From an uncultured Lentisphaeraceae bacterium (GTDB taxonomy: Bacteria > Verrucomicrobiota > Kiritimatiellia > RFP12 > DVOR01): a stretch of 64,000 nt of DNA. The notes under the pieces are model-generated. The model saw only the letters and a program-made list of their open reading frames with translations, was not told the DNA's origin and did no database searches. Of the stretch, positions 9,612 to 19,063 are shown one piece after another (the first letter of the stretch is position 1; each line of letters begins with the position of its first letter). Made by a program: the position numbers and the translations under genes. The DNA is taken from assembly GCA_949288955.1 (NCBI GenBank), contig CASEMS010000002.1, positions 6,490 through 70,489 on the forward strand. The letters run 5' to 3'.

Positions 9612-12148
9612 CGCGCGGCCTCCCGGGGCGCCCCGTCCTCCGTCAGCGCGAAGACGCGGAGGCTCTCGAAGCCCTTGTCGTCGATGATCTTCACCGCCAC
9701 CTTCCGGTTCTCCCCCGGCCTGAAGGGCAGGCTCTTCGTCCCCTGATAGGCCCGCAGACGCTCCGGCGCGATCGTCCCCCGCAGGGTCGCCTCCAGCCGC
9801 CGCCAGACATCCGCGCCGGGGAAGAGGCACTGCTCCGGGTTCACGCACCGCCCATCGTAGTTGCCATCGACCATCCACATGGCGATGTTCGCCGCGCCGC
9901 GCGAGGTCATCGTCTGCCGCACCGGGTCGTAATAGTCGAAGCCCAGCACCTCCGCCGTCAGCATCCCCTCCGCGTCACGCACCAAGGCCACGTCCGGCTG
10001 CCCCACCAACGTGAAGCTTTGGTTGCGGAACTGCCGCTTCAGCAGGTCGGTCATCTGCAGATCCGTGTTCATCTGCACGGTCAGGACGCGTGCGTAGCCC
10101 ACCTTGCTGCGTGCGAGCGCCTCCGAGGCCTCGGCCGTGAACTGGAAGGCCGCGAAGACGAGCAGGGCCGGGCGGGGGCGCACGTCGTCCGCCTCGTCCA
10201 GCGCGTTGTGCACCACCGCCAGGCTCATCGGCGCCGACGCGCTCCCCAGGCAGACCAACGCCTCCTGCCCCTCCTCCGTCACCCCCCGCGCATGGAACCA
10301 CGTGTGCGCCCCCGAGACCTCCAGCGACCGGAAGCGCAGCCGCTCCTCCCCCGACCCCGTCCGGATCCCCGAGGCCCGCAGCTCCGCCACCCACTCCTCC
10401 AGATTCCGCCCCGCCGCCATCCCCTCCTCCGGCCGCGCCTCCAGCAACGGCTCGATCACCGGCTCCGGCAGCGCCTCCACCGTGAAGGGGCCCGTAACAC
10501 GCACCCGACCCTTCTCGACGATCGGCCGGTCCCACAGCGTCTCCTCCCGCGACGGCACGCCATTGGCGATGTCGCCCAACATCACGTGCGGCACCGTCTT
10601 GTAGACCAGCCCGCCGTCCACACCCCGCCCCTCGTCCGCCAGCTTGTACCAATCGTAAGCCTGCGTAATCAGCCGCCGCTTCGCCAACGCCAAGGCCACC
10701 CGACTCGTGTCGATCGTGATCCAACGCCGCCCCCACTCCTCCGCCACCACCGCCGTCGTCCCACTCCCGCACGTCGGGTCCAACACCAAGTCCCCCGGAT
10801 CCGTCGTCATCAGGATGCAACGTTGGATGACCTCACGCGATGTCTGGACAACATAGACTTTGGAGTCCGCCCGACTCTGTATGCCGCCGACATCATCCCA
10901 GAGGTTCGAGATACTCATCCAGTTGAAATCGTCCAAGTAACGGACATAGTTTAATGTGTTCGCACTGGCTTCCAAACGATTGGCTGCGGCCAACCGTTGC
11001 AATCCTTCCAATGTCGTCTTAAAGGTGCCATTGCCAGGCGAATATTTCCGCCCCCCAAACTCAAACTCGCGCACATCTCCGTTCCCCGCAGAACGGCGAG
11101 ACGTCAAATTGTCTAACCGATACACTCGGCTTCCCGTTGGCCTATCTTCATAAACGAACTTACTCCCTGTTCGTCTCTCCCACTCACTGATTGGCATACG
11201 CTCCCCAGACTCTAATTCTATGTTACGGTACTTACTCGCCCCCTCTCCCCCGAAAGTCTTCTCCTTGAAGAGCTCGTGATACTTTACCTTTTCCCGGTCC
11301 TTCGCATACCAAAGGAGATAGTCTCCTGCACGATCAAGCGTACCAGACTCGTTTCCACTCGTCGTGGTATAGGAAATCATGGAGACGCAATTGTCGGGGC
11401 CGAAGACCTCATCGAGGAGGCAACGGACGCGGTGGACGTTCTCCATCGAGATTTGGACGAAGATGGAGCCGGTGGGGGCGAGGAGGTCGCGCATGAGGAT
11501 GAGGCGGTCGCGGAGGTAGGAAAGGTAACTGTGGACACCCCATTTCCAGGTATCGCGGAAGGCCGTGACCATCTCCGGCTCGGCGGTGAGGTCCTCGTCC
11601 TTGCCGTCCTTCACGTCGCGCTTGTGGATGGAGGGCATGAAGTTGGAGCCGAACTTGATGCCGTAGGGCGGGTCCATGTAGATGCACTGCACCTGGCCCG
11701 CCAGGCGCTCATGGCGGAGCAGGGCGTTCATCACCAGCAGGGAATCGCCCGCGATCAGGCGGTTGGTCCACTGCATGGTGTGGTTGTAGGCATAGATCTC
11801 CTCCGTGCGCAGACGGCGGCGGTCGGCCTCCGGCAGGCCGAAGAGGTCCAGCTGCACCGGGTCCCGGTCTTGGTCGGCGAAGGTGGCTTTGAGGATGCGC
11901 AGGGGATTGACGGCCTCGTGCTGGTGGATGGTGAAGGTCGGCACCTCCACCGCGTCCTCGCCCTTCTGGAACCACACCAGGCGCGGGATGTCGTGCGCGT
12001 CGATTTCATAGACCTCCGGGGACCCCGTCTCACGGACGCCGCCTGTCTCGTTCGCCGCCGGGAGCACGGCGCGTTTGTGCTCCGGGTGCAGATACGTATC
12101 CGCCGCGTCGCCCTGCGGTTCATCGACACCGTGTCTCTTGCCAGCCAT
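9608..12148 (-). CDS. mod: Type III restriction-modification Mod subunit, beta-class N6-adenine DNA methyltransferase with extended C-terminal domain
   Basis: 846 aa from MAGKRHG (GGAGGG SD upstream; ORF track start at 12241 is an upstream in-frame extension); motif IV DPPYG precedes motif I TCGSGTT (beta order); ~280 aa beyond the typical Mod C-terminus. Confidence 0.9.
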   Translation of the reverse strand: MAGKRHGVDEPQGDAADTYLHPEHKRAVLPAANETGGVRETGSPEVYEIDAHDIPRLVWFQKGEDAVEVPTFTIHQHEAVNPLRILKATFADQDRDPVQLDLFGLPEADRRRLRTEEIYAYNHTMQWTNRLIAGDSLLVMNALLRHERLAGQVQCIYMDPPYGIKFGSNFMPSIHKRDVKDGKDEDLTAEPEMVTAFRDTWKWGVHSYLSYLRDRLILMRDLLAPTGSIFVQISMENVHRVRCLLDEVFGPDNCVSMISYTTTSGNESGTLDRAGDYLLWYAKDREKVKYHELFKEKTFGGEGASKYRNIELESGERMPISEWERRTGSKFVYEDRPTGSRVYRLDNLTSRRSAGNGDVREFEFGGRKYSPGNGTFKTTLEGLQRLAAANRLEASANTLNYVRYLDDFNWMSISNLWDDVGGIQSRADSKVYVVQTSREVIQRCILMTTDPGDLVLDPTCGSGTTAVVAEEWGRRWITIDTSRVALALAKRRLITQAYDWYKLADEGRGVDGGLVYKTVPHVMLGDIANGVPSREETLWDRPIVEKGRVRVTGPFTVEALPEPVIEPLLEARPEEGMAAGRNLEEWVAELRASGIRTGSGEERLRFRSLEVSGAHTWFHARGVTEEGQEALVCLGSASAPMSLAVVHNALDEADDVRPRPALLVFAAFQFTAEASEALARSKVGYARVLTVQMNTDLQMTDLLKRQFRNQSFTLVGQPDVALVRDAEGMLTAEVLGFDYYDPVRQTMTSRGAANIAMWMVDGNYDGRCVNPEQCLFPGADVWRRLEATLRGTIAPERLRAYQGTKSLPFRPGENRKVAVKIIDDKGFESLRVFALTEDGAPREAAR

Positions 12149-12347
12149 AAAGGCGCCCTCCACGTCTGTTCCGGATCGGGCGTCCGCTAAGAGCCGTGAG
12201 AGAAACAGACGGGAGGGCATACGCACCACGGCGCATGCCACACCCGAACGTTTGCTCTCTCAATGTTTAGCGGACTTTGATCCGAGCAAATCATTCGTGC
12301 GTGCTGCACGTTGACCCCTGCGGCTACTCCCGCAGGCGATGTATTGT

Positions 12348-12376
12348 AGTGTACCTTCCCCGACTCTCGCCGTCAA
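12348..12376 (-). promoter_or_regulatory. sigma70-like promoter for mod-res (TTGACG-17-TACACT)
   Basis: read on minus strand: TTGACGgcgagagtcggggaaggTACACT ~195 nt upstream of mod ATG; a GC hairpin sits in the leader. Confidence 0.5.
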
Positions 12377-12500
12377 GCCTCCCCTTTTCTTCCCCTCCCT
12401 TGCTGCACCTTGCATAATGTTATGGGTTGCGCAAAAAGAGCCGGGGATGCGCGGCGAGCCGCCATCCCCGGATGGATGTTGGGCGATTGGCGCCCCGACC

Positions 12501-14966
12501 CTAGCGTGTCGCGCGCGGGGTGACGGTGAGGATGCCGGCCGAACGGTTCCCGCCGTCGCCCTCGCCCTCCACGCGCAGCGTGTACGAGGAGAGGTCCGTC
12601 CGGAAATCCGGCAGGCGCAGCGTGTACACATTATCCTTGCGGCGGATCCCCGCATAGCCGGGATGGACGTCCTCCGCGACAAGGCGGTCGCCCTCGTAGA
12701 GGGCCACGCGGGCGATGCGCAAGGCATTGGGGCCGCTCGTCCAGCGGAACTCGACGTCATAGACGCCCGCCCGGTCGATTTGGTCGGAGACGTCCACGGC
12801 CATCACCCCCGCGGCAAGATCCCACGCGATGCCGCGTGAATAGGCGAAGGCCTCGGGCCAACGGGCATGGCAGGCACGCGCGAAGGTCAGCGCGGCGGCG
12901 ACGTCCTCCACCAACGTCCCTTTGGGCGCGGCGATGGCGGCGCCCTCCGCCTCGAAGGCACGGTCAATCTCGGCAAGCGCGGGGCCGAGGGCCTTTGGGT
13001 CGGGGTTGGCGAAGAAGGCCTCCCAACGCTTCCGGTAATAGCCGCCCATAAGGCCCGCGAGCTGACGATGGGCGTAATCGTTGAGCGAGCCGCGGGGGCG
13101 ACCCGTCCACGTGGAGACCATGCGCCGCCACGCGCGCACCCCCGCCTCGCCGCCACCGCGTCGGGCCCGGGCCTCATACCAATCCAACCGCCAACGCGGC
13201 TCATGGGCAAGGACGGTCTCCGTGCGGGCGATGGCCTCCAAGAAGGCCGTGCGCGCGTCGGCGTCCTCCTTCGCGCGGGAAAGCAGGGGCCGCCCCAAAT
13301 CGGCAAGCGCCTGCCGGGTCACGTCGGCGAGGTCGTAGCGGAAGGTGGCCTCCCCGAGCAACGCCGGCGTCTCGCGGGCCGCCCGCAGCAGCGCCTCGGC
13401 GGCGCGAAGCGTGGCGATGGGCGCATAGTAAGGCTCGCCACTCGTCCAAGACGAGACCTTCCGGGCCGTCCACGAAGGCCGGGCGCAGAGGATATTCTCG
13501 AAGGAGCCATCCTGCTCGCGGTTGAAGGTATGGGCGGAGTCGAGCAACGCGGCCAGCCCCTGAAGGACGGCCGGGGTGCAGAGCCCGTAGCGGCGGGTGG
13601 CGTAACGCGCCAGCCAATCGCCCAAGTCCGCGCGGTCCATCACCTTGTCCGCCGGCATGAAGAAGCGCTCGGCGAAGAGCTCATAGGCCATCGGGCTGGT
13701 CTCCAGCCCCTCGGAGAGAAAACCGAAGCCCGCCAACGTCTTGGCCCCGGGCGTCCGCGTCAGGCGCCCCAGGCGGCCCAACATCGGCAAGCCCCCGTTG
13801 AAGCCGTTGCGCCCGCCGAAGTTGAAGAGCTCGCACCACAGCCACGGGATCTCCCCGAAGGTGCGCGCGTAGTCGCAGCCCCCCGACTGATCGCGCACAA
13901 GCGCCTCGATAAGCGTGTGCCGGGGGTCGACGCCCCGCAGCAGCTCCGGCCGCGGGTTCGCCTGCCACGCCTGGATCACCCACTTCGCGCCCGGGCACGC
14001 CGCCTGTTGGGCGGCCTGCACCGCCCGCGCGCACGCCGTCACATCCAAGCCGCCCGTGCGCCCACCCTCATGGAAGAGATCGCCCGCGAACGCCTCCGCC
14101 CGCTCGATCCCATAGACCGCCAGCAGATTGCGGTACCACACCGCCGCCACGTCGCGGAACGCCCGCGTGGTCGGATCCAGCACGATGGGCCGCACAAAGC
14201 CGTCGCACCACGTCCCCTGCGGCACGAAGCGCGCATCCGGGAAGCGCCCCTTGTCAAGCCATTCCGGCGCGTCGTGCGGCATCAACCCCACGAAGCCATG
14301 CAGGATCGGCTCCATCCCCAACGCCCGCGCCTCCCGCACGATGAAGCGCCCCACCTCCGCGTTACGGTCAATCGCCTCCTGCGGCAAAGGCCCCCCCAGC
14401 CCCTCCAGGTTCCCCATGTTCCACCACGCCGCGGCCGCCTCATCCGGCAGGAACGCCGCGATGCTCGCCTCCGGGCAGCCCAGCTCGCGCAGCGTCAGCT
14501 GCCACACCTTCTGCAACCCCGCCTGCACCAACAGCCGCCGCACCCCGAAAAGCGCCAGCCGGTCCAGCTCCTCCCGCCACGCCCCCTCATCCCAGAACGC
14601 CATCGTGTACGACAGCGTGCAGTAATTGTACGCCACCGAGTCCGGATACGCCGGCTTGAACGAGAGCGTCCGATCCGGCGCCGGCCACGGCCCCTCCAGA
14701 CGCTCCCCGCACCACGACCAATGCGCGTCCGCCACCTCCCGCAGATAAAGGCCCAGCCCAGCCGCCGCCAACCGCGTCTCCGGCGCCGCGATCGCGATCC
14801 CCTCCTCCCCCACCCGCGCGATGCGGATCTCCCCCATCCCCGGATCCACCCGGAACGCCACCCGCCCCGCCAGCGCGAGATCCACCCGCCCCGCCAAATC
14901 CTCCAACGGCCCCGCCGAACCCACCGCCGCCGCAAACCCGGCCACCGCCATCAGCAATCCACGCAT
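12501..14966 (-). CDS. alpha-N-acetylglucosaminidase (GH89, NAGLU family)
   Basis: 821 aa from MRGLLMAVAGFAAAVGSA (signal peptide); NAGLU N-terminal, TIM-barrel and C-terminal domains recognisable (WWNMGN..., ELFNFGG...). Confidence 0.85.
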   Translation of the reverse strand: MRGLLMAVAGFAAAVGSAGPLEDLAGRVDLALAGRVAFRVDPGMGEIRIARVGEEGIAIAAPETRLAAAGLGLYLREVADAHWSWCGERLEGPWPAPDRTLSFKPAYPDSVAYNYCTLSYTMAFWDEGAWREELDRLALFGVRRLLVQAGLQKVWQLTLRELGCPEASIAAFLPDEAAAAWWNMGNLEGLGGPLPQEAIDRNAEVGRFIVREARALGMEPILHGFVGLMPHDAPEWLDKGRFPDARFVPQGTWCDGFVRPIVLDPTTRAFRDVAAVWYRNLLAVYGIERAEAFAGDLFHEGGRTGGLDVTACARAVQAAQQAACPGAKWVIQAWQANPRPELLRGVDPRHTLIEALVRDQSGGCDYARTFGEIPWLWCELFNFGGRNGFNGGLPMLGRLGRLTRTPGAKTLAGFGFLSEGLETSPMAYELFAERFFMPADKVMDRADLGDWLARYATRRYGLCTPAVLQGLAALLDSAHTFNREQDGSFENILCARPSWTARKVSSWTSGEPYYAPIATLRAAEALLRAARETPALLGEATFRYDLADVTRQALADLGRPLLSRAKEDADARTAFLEAIARTETVLAHEPRWRLDWYEARARRGGGEAGVRAWRRMVSTWTGRPRGSLNDYAHRQLAGLMGGYYRKRWEAFFANPDPKALGPALAEIDRAFEAEGAAIAAPKGTLVEDVAAALTFARACHARWPEAFAYSRGIAWDLAAGVMAVDVSDQIDRAGVYDVEFRWTSGPNALRIARVALYEGDRLVAEDVHPGYAGIRRKDNVYTLRLPDFRTDLSSYTLRVEGEGDGGNRSAGILTVTPRATR

Positions 14967-15092
14967 CGCGCAATCCTTTCGCTTCGCTCTCAAGAGATGA
15001 CCACTATTATAAGGCAACCATCGCGCCGCGCCACGCACGCCAAGCGCCCAATCCTCCCCCCATCACTGCGGAACGCACCCCACCCCACGGCA

Positions 15093-15128
15093 CAAAAAAA
15101 CCGCCGCAAGCCCTTCGCTTGCGGCGGC
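15093..15128 (-). terminator. Rho-independent terminator of the tRNA-Met/tRNA-Asn unit
   Basis: minus strand: hairpin CCGCCGCAAGCGAAGGGCTTGCGGCGG followed by TTTTTTTG. Confidence 0.7.
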
Positions 15129-15133
15129 CAAGA

Positions 15134-15208
15134 TGGCTCCGAAGGCAGGATTCGAACCTGCGACCAAGTGATTAACAGTCACCTGCGCTACCACTGCGCC
15201 ACTTCGGA
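15134..15208 (-). tRNA. tRNA-Asn (anticodon GTT)
   Basis: 75 nt; cloverleaf TCCGAAG acceptor, anticodon loop CTGTTAA, T-loop GGTTCGAATCC, encoded CCA. Confidence 0.9.
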
Positions 15209-15228
15209 TCGTGGTTGTTTCCCCTCGA

Positions 15229-15304
15229 TGGTAGCGGGTGAGGGGATCGAACCCCCGACACGCGGATTATGATTCCGCTGCTCTACCGACTGAGCTAACC
15301 CGCC
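15229..15304 (-). tRNA. tRNA-Met (anticodon CAT; elongator Met or lysidine-modified Ile2 cannot be distinguished here)
   Basis: 76 nt; acceptor GGCGGGT/ACCCGCT (G1-U72), anticodon loop ATCATAA, T-loop GGTTCGATCC, encoded CCA. Confidence 0.85.
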
Positions 15305-15404
15305 ATGTCGGGAAAACGCCGCATAGAATAGCACATGCCGTCCCCCTCTGCAAGCACTTTTTTTCGTTTTGTGAGAGACCCGAAGCACGACGGGGGGGGG
15401 GAAA

Positions 15405-15850
15405 AACCGCAGATTGCGCGGATTGAGGCGGATTTGGGGGTCGGCTACCGCCGACAGGACTGCCAGGGGGGAGACCACCAAGGACACGAAGGGGTGCACA
15501 GAGGAACACGAAGCACGACGGGGGACACAATCACAAAGGACACAACGGACACAAAGGGGAGCGCGGGCATGGCCCGCGCAGGACGGCCAGGAGGGAACCG
15601 CAGATTGCGCGGATTGAGGCGGATTTTGGGGTCGGCTACCGCCGACAGGACTGCCAGGGGGGAAAGACCACCAAGGGCACGAAGGAGGGCACAGAGGGAC
15701 ACGAAGCACGACGGGGGGACACAATCACAAAGAACACAACGGACACAAAGGGGAGCGCGGGCATGGCCCGCGCAGGACGGCGAGGGAGGAACCGCAGATT
15801 GCGCGGATTGAAGCGGATTTGGGGTCGGCTACCGCCGACAGGACTGCCAG
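15405..15850. repeat. composite tandem repeat, ~191-194 bp unit x2.3 (module A + module B)
   Basis: unit starts at 15405, 15596, 15790 (aaccgcagattgcgcggattgaRgcggattt...); module A has hairpin GTCGGC-TACC-GCCGAC and GCGGATT direct repeats; module B is T-free, purine/C-rich (cacgaag, cacaa motifs), ends in palindrome GCGCGGGC-ATG-GCCCGCGC. Confidence 0.85.
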
Positions 15851-15896
15851 AATGCCTGACAAGTACAGCACGGCGAGAGGGACTCACTTGGGCAGC

Positions 15897-15973
15897 GCGG
15901 GAGGCGAGGGCGGTAGGGAGCGGTCAGCGGGCGAAGCCCGCAGAGCGACCGGCGGAGCCCGCAAGCCTCCCGC
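15897..15973. repeat. 77-nt palindromic module C (copy 2)
   Basis: GCGGGAGGC...GCCTCCCGC terminal inverted repeats; internal GCGGGC-GAA-GCCCGC hairpin. Confidence 0.8.
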
Positions 15974-15980
15974 GCAACGG

Positions 15981-16056
15981 TCAAATCCCCCCAAGCCTCC
16001 AAACCTCCAAACCTCCAAACCTCCAAACTTCCAAACTTCCAAACTTCCAAACTTCC
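15981..16056. repeat. (CCAAACCTC/CCAAACTTC)n 9-mer microsatellite, ~8.5 units
   Basis: ccaagcctcc aaacctcc(aaacctcc)x2 (aaacttcc)x4. Confidence 0.85.
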
Positions 16057-16152
16057 AAACTTCCCGCGCCCCCTTGCGTCTTTGCGGTTCCTTCTAGGAT
16101 AGCACGAACGAGAGACGGGGCACGGCGTTTTTCCTCTGGGGGCTGGCCCTCG

Positions 16153-16220
16153 GAGGATCGGCGGCTGATCCACCCCGGGGCGGCGGCTGATCCACCTTGG
16201 ATTGGCCGCCGATCCAAAGT
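16153..16220. repeat. 22-bp minisatellite family, ~3 units
   Basis: ggaggatcggcggctgatccacccc ggggcggcggctgatccacctt ggattggccgccgatccaaag. Confidence 0.7.
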
Positions 16221-16365
16221 TATCAACAACCCCACCCTCCCGGCGGCCCCCGCGGAAAGCGTTTCGACAAGCGCGCGAGGCGCACATCGGGGGCCTTCGC
16301 GCGCTCCCCTCGCCGGCTGGGCGCGCAGGAGGTTTTCCCCGAAGAGGCCCGGCACGTTCGAGATT

Positions 16366-16394
16366 TTGCGCACGAGGGGCTTTTTTGTTATAGT
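16366..16394 (+). promoter_or_regulatory. sigma70-like promoter TTGCGC-17-TATAGT, predicts leaderless folP mRNA
   Basis: -10 ends 9 nt before the folP ATG at 16404, so the transcript start would be within ~3 nt of the ATG; no SD present. Confidence 0.5.
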
Positions 16395-16403
16395 CTTCTG
16401 CAA

Positions 16404-17252
16404 ATGCAGAAGCGAGCGCCAACGATTTGGGATTGCCGGGGGCGGGCCTTGGAGTTTGGCCCTCCCTTGGTGATGGGCATTCTCAACGTCACGTCGGACT
16501 CCTTCTTCGCGGACAGCCGCGTGGAGGGGGTGCGCGCGGTCGTGGCGCGTGGGGAGGCCTTGCTCGCGGCGGGGGCGGGGATCCTTGACGTGGGGGGGGA
16601 GTCGACGCGCCCGGGGGCCGCGCCGGTCTCGCCGGAGGAGGAGGCGGCGCGGGTGGTGCCGGCGATCCGCGCGTTGGCGGCGGCCTTCCCGGAGGCCGTG
16701 CTTTCGGTGGACACGCGGCACACGGCGGTGGCGCGGGCGGCGGTGGCGGCGGGGGCGCACATCGTGAACGACGTGGCCGGCTGCGCGCCGGAGCCGGGGA
16801 TGTGGGAGTTGGTGGCGGAGACGGGGGCGGGCTACGTGATGACCCATGCGCGCGGGACGCCCGAGACGATGGACGCGCTCACGGACTACGCGGACGTGGT
16901 GGGCGAGGTGGAGGCGGCGCTGCGGGAGGCGACGGCGCGCCTGGTGGCGCTGGGCGCGCGGCGGGGGCAGATCGCCTGGGATCCCGGACTGGGCTTCGCG
17001 AAGACGCACGCGGACTCGTGGCGGCTGTTGGGGGCGACGGCGCGCTTCGCGGCGTCGGGCCACGCGGTGGTGGTCGGGGCCTCGCGCAAACGTTTTCTGG
17101 GGGGGGAGACGCAGGGGCGCGGGCCGGCGAGCGTGGGGGCGGCGCTCTGGGCGGCCTCGCAGGGGGCGGCGGCGGTGCGCGTGCACGACGTGGCGGAGAC
17201 GGCGGAGGCCATGGGGGCCTTCCTCAAGGCAAGGGGGGCGGCGGATGTTTGA
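16404..17252 (+). CDS. folP: dihydropteroate synthase
   Basis: 282 aa from MQKRAPTIW; pterin-binding motifs GILNVTSDSFFADSR, DVGGESTRPGA, NDV; 8-nt overlap with cdaA. Confidence 0.9.
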   Translation: MQKRAPTIWDCRGRALEFGPPLVMGILNVTSDSFFADSRVEGVRAVVARGEALLAAGAGILDVGGESTRPGAAPVSPEEEAARVVPAIRALAAAFPEAVLSVDTRHTAVARAAVAAGAHIVNDVAGCAPEPGMWELVAETGAGYVMTHARGTPETMDALTDYADVVGEVEAALREATARLVALGARRGQIAWDPGLGFAKTHADSWRLLGATARFAASGHAVVVGASRKRFLGGETQGRGPASVGAALWAASQGAAAVRVHDVAETAEAMGAFLKARGAADV

Positions 17253-18096
17253 GTCGTGGTGGCCGAACCTGATGGATCTCTTCCAGATCGCCTTGCTGAC
17301 GGCGGGGGTCTATTATGCCTTCATGGTGCTGAAGGGGACGCGCGCGGCGCAGATGCTGATGGGCGTGGGCGCACTCTTCCTGGCGATCTTCCTGGTAACG
17401 TCCTTCCTGGATCTGGACGTGGTGAACGTGGTGCTGCGCTGGCTCTCGGTGATCCTCTTCCTGGCGCTGCTGGTGGTCTTCCAGCCGGAGCTGCGGCGGG
17501 CGCTGTCGCTCCTGGGGCGCAACACCTACGTGCAGCTCTTGCAGGGGCGCATCCCCGAGACGCCTGCGGAGCTGTTGGTGCGCGTGGCGCGGAGCCTGGC
17601 CACGCGCCGCCTGGGGGCGCTGCTAGTGGTGGAGCGGGCGCAGGCGCTGGATCAGTGGTGCGAGACGGGGACGCGCCTGGACGCGCTGACCAGCGAGGAG
17701 CTCCTCATCAGCATCTTCACCCCGCCCCTGCCGCTGCACGACGGCGCCGTCATCCTGCGGGGCGACCGCGTGCGCGCGGCGCGGTGCATCCTGCCCATCG
17801 ACAACGAGCTGCGCCTGGAGGGCGTGGGCACCCGCCATCGCGCGGCGGTTACCTTCTCGCAGGAGTGCGACGCGCTCATCCTCGTGGTGTCGGAGGAGCG
17901 CGGGCAGATCTCCGTGGCGCGCGAGGGCAACCTCATCCGCAACCTGAGCGACCGCCAGCTGGAGCGCCTGCTGCGCGCGGCCTCCGTGCCGCCGGAGCGC
18001 CAACACGACTTCTACCACGCCGTCTTCGGCGCGCGCCAGGAGGTGCCGTGGTTCCTCAAACCCTTCGCCCGCCGGGAGCCGAAAGGCCATGCGTAA
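17245..18096 (+). CDS. cdaA: diadenylate cyclase CdaA (c-di-AMP synthase, DAC domain, N-terminal TM helices)
   Basis: 283 aa; 3 N-terminal TM segments; DAC motifs DGAVIL and GTRHRAA. Confidence 0.9.
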   Translation: MFESWWPNLMDLFQIALLTAGVYYAFMVLKGTRAAQMLMGVGALFLAIFLVTSFLDLDVVNVVLRWLSVILFLALLVVFQPELRRALSLLGRNTYVQLLQGRIPETPAELLVRVARSLATRRLGALLVVERAQALDQWCETGTRLDALTSEELLISIFTPPLPLHDGAVILRGDRVRAARCILPIDNELRLEGVGTRHRAAVTFSQECDALILVVSEERGQISVAREGNLIRNLSDRQLERLLRAASVPPERQHDFYHAVFGARQEVPWFLKPFARREPKGHA

Positions 18097-19063
18097 CCCC
18101 ATCCCCACCCTCCGCAACAACTGGCCGTGGAAAGTCGCCGCCCTGGCCGTGGCGCTCATCGTCTTCTTCGGCGTGCGCCGCTCCGTCAGCTACACGCAGA
18201 CGCTGACGCTCTCGGTGGAGGCCGAGACGGTGGAGGGCACCCAGGCGCTGATGGGGGTGAGCCCCGGCGTGGTGAGCGTGACCTTCCGCGGCTCGGAGGC
18301 CGCCATCCGCCGCCTGTCCGTGCCGGGCGCCGAGCCGCCGATCGTCCGCCTGCGCCTGCGCCAGCCGCCCGAGGGCGCCTCCTCCGAGCGCATCCGCCTG
18401 ACGCGCCGCGACGTGCTGTGCGACGACGGGCTGCGCGTGGTCTCCATCGAGCCCTCGTCCGTGGTGGCGACCTTCGACACGCGCGCCACCCGGGTCTTCC
18501 AGGTCTCCGAGCCGATCGTCGTCGGCACCCCGACCTTCGGGGAGGTGCAGGTGAGCATCGAGCCCAAGACCGTCGAGGTGACCGGGTCGCGCGCGCTCTT
18601 GGAGGAGTTCGACGAGGCGCGCTCGCGCCTGGCGACCGCCACGCTTGACGTGGCCAACCGCTCCACCGGCTTCCAGACCGTCCTCAAGGTGCTCCCGCCC
18701 GACAGCCGCGCCGGCTGGGTGCTGCGCCCCGACAGCGTGCGCGCCGACGTGCGCATCGTCCGCGAGGATGGCTCGCGCGATTTCCACGAGGTGCCCGTGC
18801 GCGTGCTCCAATCGGCCTCCGGCCGGCGTTACCGCCCGGACTTCCCCACCGTCAAGGTCACCGCCTGGGGGGCGCGCCGCGAGTTGGCGACCATCGACCC
18901 CGCCGGCGTGGTCGCCTTGGTGGAGGAGCGGGAGGATGGCGAGGCCTCGGTGCCGATCGTCGTCCTCCCCTGCTCCAACCGCGTCAGCCGCGTGGAGATC
19001 GACCCGCCGCGGGTGTCCCTGACGCCGGAGCCCCCCGCGGGGCAGGAAGGAGGCGCGCGATGA
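18089..19063 (+). CDS. cdaR: CdaA regulatory protein CdaR (YbbR-like repeat protein)
   Basis: 324 aa; N-terminal TM then YbbR-like beta repeats; position directly after cdaA with 8-nt overlap. Confidence 0.8.
   Translation: MRNPIPTLRNNWPWKVAALAVALIVFFGVRRSVSYTQTLTLSVEAETVEGTQALMGVSPGVVSVTFRGSEAAIRRLSVPGAEPPIVRLRLRQPPEGASSERIRLTRRDVLCDDGLRVVSIEPSSVVATFDTRATRVFQVSEPIVVGTPTFGEVQVSIEPKTVEVTGSRALLEEFDEARSRLATATLDVANRSTGFQTVLKVLPPDSRAGWVLRPDSVRADVRIVREDGSRDFHEVPVRVLQSASGRRYRPDFPTVKVTAWGARRELATIDPAGVVALVEEREDGEASVPIVVLPCSNRVSRVEIDPPRVSLTPEPPAGQEGGAR

Noticed and set aside
6873-9878. Res N-terminal extension (89 aa) in the ORF track
   Set aside because: The upstream in-frame Met has no SD and overlaps mod. 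MSLILNSPY at 9611 has a GGGAGG SD and an ATGA coupling to the mod stop.
15335-15887. Overlapping ORFs 15335-15811, 15414-15617, 15445-15702 and 15636-15887 with repeated RTQRGARAWPAQDG-type peptides
   Set aside because: They are produced by reading the 191-bp tandem repeat in several frames. There are no start signals and the content is compositionally biased.
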